Below the pieces are notes generated by a model that worked only from the letters and a program-made list of their open reading frames with translations, was not told where the DNA came from and made no database searches. Shown here piece by piece: positions 33,307 to 36,245 of a stretch of DNA of 36,245 nt (position 1 is the stretch's first letter; every line of letters begins with the position of its first letter). This stretch comes from Oscillospiraceae bacterium (GTDB lineage Bacteria; Bacillota; Clostridia; Oscillospirales; Ruminococcaceae), in contig JAZQBJ010000228.1 of assembly GCA_045545715.1 (NCBI GenBank), positions 1 through 36,245 of the forward strand, written 5' to 3'. Made by a program: the position numbers and the translations under genes.

Positions 33307-35061
33307 ATGATTCCCCAGAGTTTTATTGAAGAATTAAAAATGAACTGCGATATCGAATCAGTTGTTTCGAGCTACGTTCAGCTTCGGAAGCGCGGAAGGA
33401 TTTCAACCGGGCTCTGCCCTTTCCATTCGGAAAAAACCGGTTCCTTCACCGTTTATCCGGAAAGCCAGTCTTTTTATTGTTTCGGCTGCGGAGCCGGCGG
33501 CGACGTCATCGGTTTTATCCGCCGGATCGAAAATCTTGAATATGTCGAAGCCATAAAATTCCTTGCACAGCGGGCGGGAATGAACGTTCCGGAAGATGCG
33601 GCAGAAGACAAGACCGCACTTTTAAAAACAAAAATCCTTGAAATGAACCGGGAAGCCGCAAGATTTTATTTTTCCGAACTCACAAAACCAAGCGGCAAGG
33701 CCGCCCTTGATTATCTTCTCGGGCGCGGACTTGAACCAAAGACCATAAAACATTTCGGGCTCGGCTATGCGCCGAACGACTGGACAAGGCTCACCGATCT
33801 TCTTGCATCAAAAGGCTATCGCTATGAGGATATGGTCGCGGCCCAGCTTTCCCGCAAAAGCGAGAAAAGCGGAAGATATTACGACGTTTTCCGTGACAGG
33901 GTTATGTTCCCGATAATCGATTTAAGAGGAAACGTAATCGGCTTCGGCGGAAGAAAAATGAGCGGCGACGGCCCGAAATATTATAACTCCCCGGATACTC
34001 CGGTTTTCAAGAAAACAAAAAACCTTTTCGCCCTCAATTTTGCGAAAAAGCAAAAGCTCGAGCGGCTTATCCTTTGCGAAGGATATATGGACGTAATCGC
34101 CATGCACCAGGCGGGTTTTACCGAAGCGGTCGCCTCCCTCGGAACTTCGCTAACTTCCGACCAATGCAGGCTTGCCTCCTCCTACGTTGAGGAAGCGGTT
34201 CTTGCTTATGATTCGGACGAAGCGGGACAGAAAGCAACGAAGAGAGCCATCGGACTTCTTGACGAAGTCGGAATCCGCTCAAAGGTTCTTACCATTCAGG
34301 GCGCAAAGGACCCGGACGAATTTATCAAAAAATTCGGCGGAGCAAGATTCAAAAAGCTTATTGAGCAAAGCGCAGGCTCGGTTGAATATGAACTTTCGAA
34401 AATCGGCGCGAAATATGACACCGAAACTCCGGAAGGAAAAATTTCCGCACTAAAAGATGCGGTCGGGCTTCTGGCGGATATGAAAAATCCGCTTGAGCGG
34501 GAAGTCTGGGCGGCAAAGCTTGCCCGGGATTACGGCACAACAAAAGAAGGTATTCTCACCCAGGTTCAGACAAAGATAAAACGCCGGGCAAGGGCCCAGG
34601 GGAACAGAACTGTTCTTGGACAGAACGCCCAAAGCGCAACTTTCGGCGGCGCCGTTCCGGAAAAACTTAAGAATCCGGCTTCCGCGGCGGCTGAAGAAAG
34701 GCTTTTGGGCGCAATAATGCGCCACCCGGAAACTTTGAGCACGCTGAGCACGAAAGTTTCCCCGGAAGATTTCGTCTGTGAGCTTTACGGAAATTTTTAC
34801 CGGAAGCTTCTCGAAACTCTGAGCACCGGAGCCGAAATATCCCTTACCCTTTTCGGGGAGGATTTTACTCTTGAGCAGCAGGGCATAATCGCAAAACTTA
34901 CCACCCTTGCCCGTGAGCACCAATATTCCGCCGAAGACGCCGCAGAAGCGGCAAAGACCATTCTTCGCCTTAAGGAAAAGAAAACCGACAAGGAAATCGG
35001 CGAACTTTCCGGAGAGGAACTTGCGGCTTATATTGATAAAATGAGGAAGGCAAAGAAATAA
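33307..35061 (+). CDS. dnaG: DNA primase
   Basis: MIPQSFIEELK..., the zinc finger CPFHSEKTGSFTVYPESQSFYCFGCGAGGD, and the TOPRIM EGYMDVI...DSDEAGQKA. ATG 33307 follows GGAGGAGG. The upstream extension to 33214 lies in the cassette right arm. Confidence 0.95.
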   Translation: MIPQSFIEELKMNCDIESVVSSYVQLRKRGRISTGLCPFHSEKTGSFTVYPESQSFYCFGCGAGGDVIGFIRRIENLEYVEAIKFLAQRAGMNVPEDAAEDKTALLKTKILEMNREAARFYFSELTKPSGKAALDYLLGRGLEPKTIKHFGLGYAPNDWTRLTDLLASKGYRYEDMVAAQLSRKSEKSGRYYDVFRDRVMFPIIDLRGNVIGFGGRKMSGDGPKYYNSPDTPVFKKTKNLFALNFAKKQKLERLILCEGYMDVIAMHQAGFTEAVASLGTSLTSDQCRLASSYVEEAVLAYDSDEAGQKATKRAIGLLDEVGIRSKVLTIQGAKDPDEFIKKFGGARFKKLIEQSAGSVEYELSKIGAKYDTETPEGKISALKDAVGLLADMKNPLEREVWAAKLARDYGTTKEGILTQVQTKIKRRARAQGNRTVLGQNAQSATFGGAVPEKLKNPASAAAEERLLGAIMRHPETLSTLSTKVSPEDFVCELYGNFYRKLLETLSTGAEISLTLFGEDFTLEQQGIIAKLTTLAREHQYSAEDAAEAAKTILRLKEKKTDKEIGELSGEELAAYIDKMRKAKK

Positions 35062-35065
35062 AAAT

Positions 35066-35523
35066 AGCCTCCCTTGCCTAAAGGGAGGTGGCATTTCCGT
35101 AAGGAAATGACGGAGGGATTCTTTTTTATGGAAAGGAAACATAATCCAAAGCTTACGGAAAATGCAAAGGAACTTCGGAAAAATATGACCAAAGAAGAAA
35201 AACACCTTTGGTACGATTTTTTGAAGGATTATCCCGAACGTTTTTTGCGGCAAAAGGTAATTGACGATTATATTGCTGATTTTTATTGCCACAAAGCAAG
35301 GCTTGTAATCGAACTTGACGGAAGTCAGCATTATACAAAGGACGGACTTTTGAAAGACAAAATCCGGACAGAAAGAATTGAGAAACGTGATTTGACCGTT
35401 TTGAGAATTCCACACGGTGAGATAAATCATAATTTTGAGGGAATCTGCAGATTCATCGATGAATTTGTGCAGGAATCCCTCCGTCAGCCTTCGGCTGACA
35501 CCTCCCTTTAGGCAAGGGAGGCT
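35066..35523 (+). mobile_element. TIR-bounded DUF559 cassette, type 2, copy 2 (compact form)
   Basis: The left arm (35066-35121) is AGCCTCCCTTGCCTAAAGGGAGGTGGCATTTCCGTAAGGAAATGACGGAGGGATTC. The reverse complement of the right arm (35473-35523) is AGCCTCCCTTGCCTAAAGGGAGGTGTCAGCCGAAGGCTGACGGAGGGATTC. Confidence 0.6.
35128..35511 (+). CDS. DUF559 domain protein, type 2
   Basis: 127 aa. By manual alignment it differs from the 32886-33269 product at 7 residues. Confidence 0.85.
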   Translation: MERKHNPKLTENAKELRKNMTKEEKHLWYDFLKDYPERFLRQKVIDDYIADFYCHKARLVIELDGSQHYTKDGLLKDKIRTERIEKRDLTVLRIPHGEINHNFEGICRFIDEFVQESLRQPSADTSL

Positions 35524-35575
35524 TAAAAAGTTACCCACAAACTAACATAGATATTTTTTCAGGGGGAATTTTAAA

Positions 35576-36245
35576 ATGGCAGAAAAGAAAATGACTCTTT
35601 CCGAACTTATTGAAAACGGAAAGGCAAAAGGCAAGCTTACCACCAAAGAGATAACCGATTTCATCGAAGAGATGGATTTTGAGGTTGAACAGGTCGATAA
35701 GCTTTATGACATTCTTGAAAGCAACAACATCGAAATAATCGAGGATTTTTCCGCCGCGGCAGACCTTGATTTTGACCTTTCCGACATCGAAGGCGACAAC
35801 ATCGACGAGGACGGAACCATTATCGAAGGAATCAACATCGACGACCCGGTAAAGGTTTATCTTAAAGAAATCGGCCGCGTTCCGCTTCTTACTCCCGATG
35901 AGGAAGTTGAACTTGCGGAACAGATGGCAAGCGGCGAACCCGGAGTTGCCGCAAAAGCAAGAAAACGTCTTTCCGAAGCGAACCTTCGTCTTGTTGTTTC
36001 CATTGCAAAACGCTATGTCGGACGCGGAATGCAGTTCCTTGACCTTATCCAGGAGGGCAACCTCGGCCTTATCAAAGCGGTTGAAAAATTCGACCACACC
36101 AAAGGCTTCAAATTCTCCACCTATGCAACATGGTGGATCCGTCAGGCTATCACCAGAGCTATTGCCGACCAGGCAGAACCATTCGTATTCCGGTACACAT
36201 GGTAGAAACCATCAACAAAGTCAAAAAAGTAAGCTCCCAGCTCCT
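35576..36245 (+). CDS. sigA: primary RNA polymerase sigma factor (partial at window end; apparent 1-nt frameshift near 36174/36175)
   Basis: Acidic N-terminal region, then [62 protein letters not shown] and [21 protein letters not shown]. After that the listed frame reads EPFVFRYTW*. The adjacent frame, starting at 36175, reads [23 protein letters not shown]. Confidence 0.9.

Noticed and set aside
34450-35538. 362-aa ORF on the minus strand
   Set aside because: It is antisense to the dnaG 3' end plus DUF559 copy 4. The sense-strand genes have clear family signatures.
1-36245. Search for rRNA, tRNA, CRISPR arrays, integrase or transposase genes and phage modules
   Set aside because: I found no tRNA-like cloverleaf signatures, no regularly spaced direct repeats, and no recombinase or transposase ORFs. 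The only repeat families are the hairpin and arm elements reported above.

Overview
This is a chromosomal, mostly housekeeping segment. Its content points to a moderate-GC Firmicute, probably a Clostridia or Oscillospiraceae-like organism, but that taxonomic guess is inference only. The supporting content is a T-box leader, an L-box leader, glgB-glgC-glgD-glgA, dgt-dnaG-sigA and a YhbD/bactofilin pair.

Genes in order:
- L-box-controlled amino-acid ABC transporter (-)
- U32 'peptidase' and tgt
- DUF378 protein
- DD-carboxypeptidase
- T-box(Cys)-cysE-cysS and an acyl-ACP thioesterase
- bactofilin and a YhbD-like regulator (-)
- lipoprotein (-)
- DUF1846 protein and xth
- XRE regulator divergent from two unknown membrane proteins, a HAD hydrolase and a beta-lactamase-like/GNAT fusion
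- MATE transporter (-)
- M23 peptidase
- glgBCDA (-)
- threonine-aldolase-like enzyme
- two small unknown proteins
- lepA, dgt, dnaG and sigA (partial)

The most unusual content is a repeat and gene family. Four paralogous 121-127 aa DUF559 ORFs (Vsr-like, PD-(D/E)xK fold) each sit inside a 458-567 bp unit. Each unit is bounded by structured terminal inverted repeats of about 50 bp. All four are co-directional with their host operons and begin 0-6 nt after, or overlap, the stop codons of cysE, lepA, dgt and dnaG.

The arms share one architecture: hairpin H1, TGGC, hairpin H2, then a box containing stop codons and the SD. The stems carry compensatory changes between copies.

The window also holds ORF-less relics of these units, a ~125-130 nt structured repeat present twice (once nested inside a cassette arm), and GTAG-headed REP/REPIN-like hairpin doublets. 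I propose these are an undescribed family of selfish or mobile DUF559 cassettes that ride on essential operons. Mobility itself is inference.

Other notable points are an apparent 1-nt frameshift in sigA, operator palindromes for the YhbD-like and XRE regulators, and very long antisense shadow ORFs that I attribute to codon bias. I saw no rRNA, tRNA or CRISPR array.
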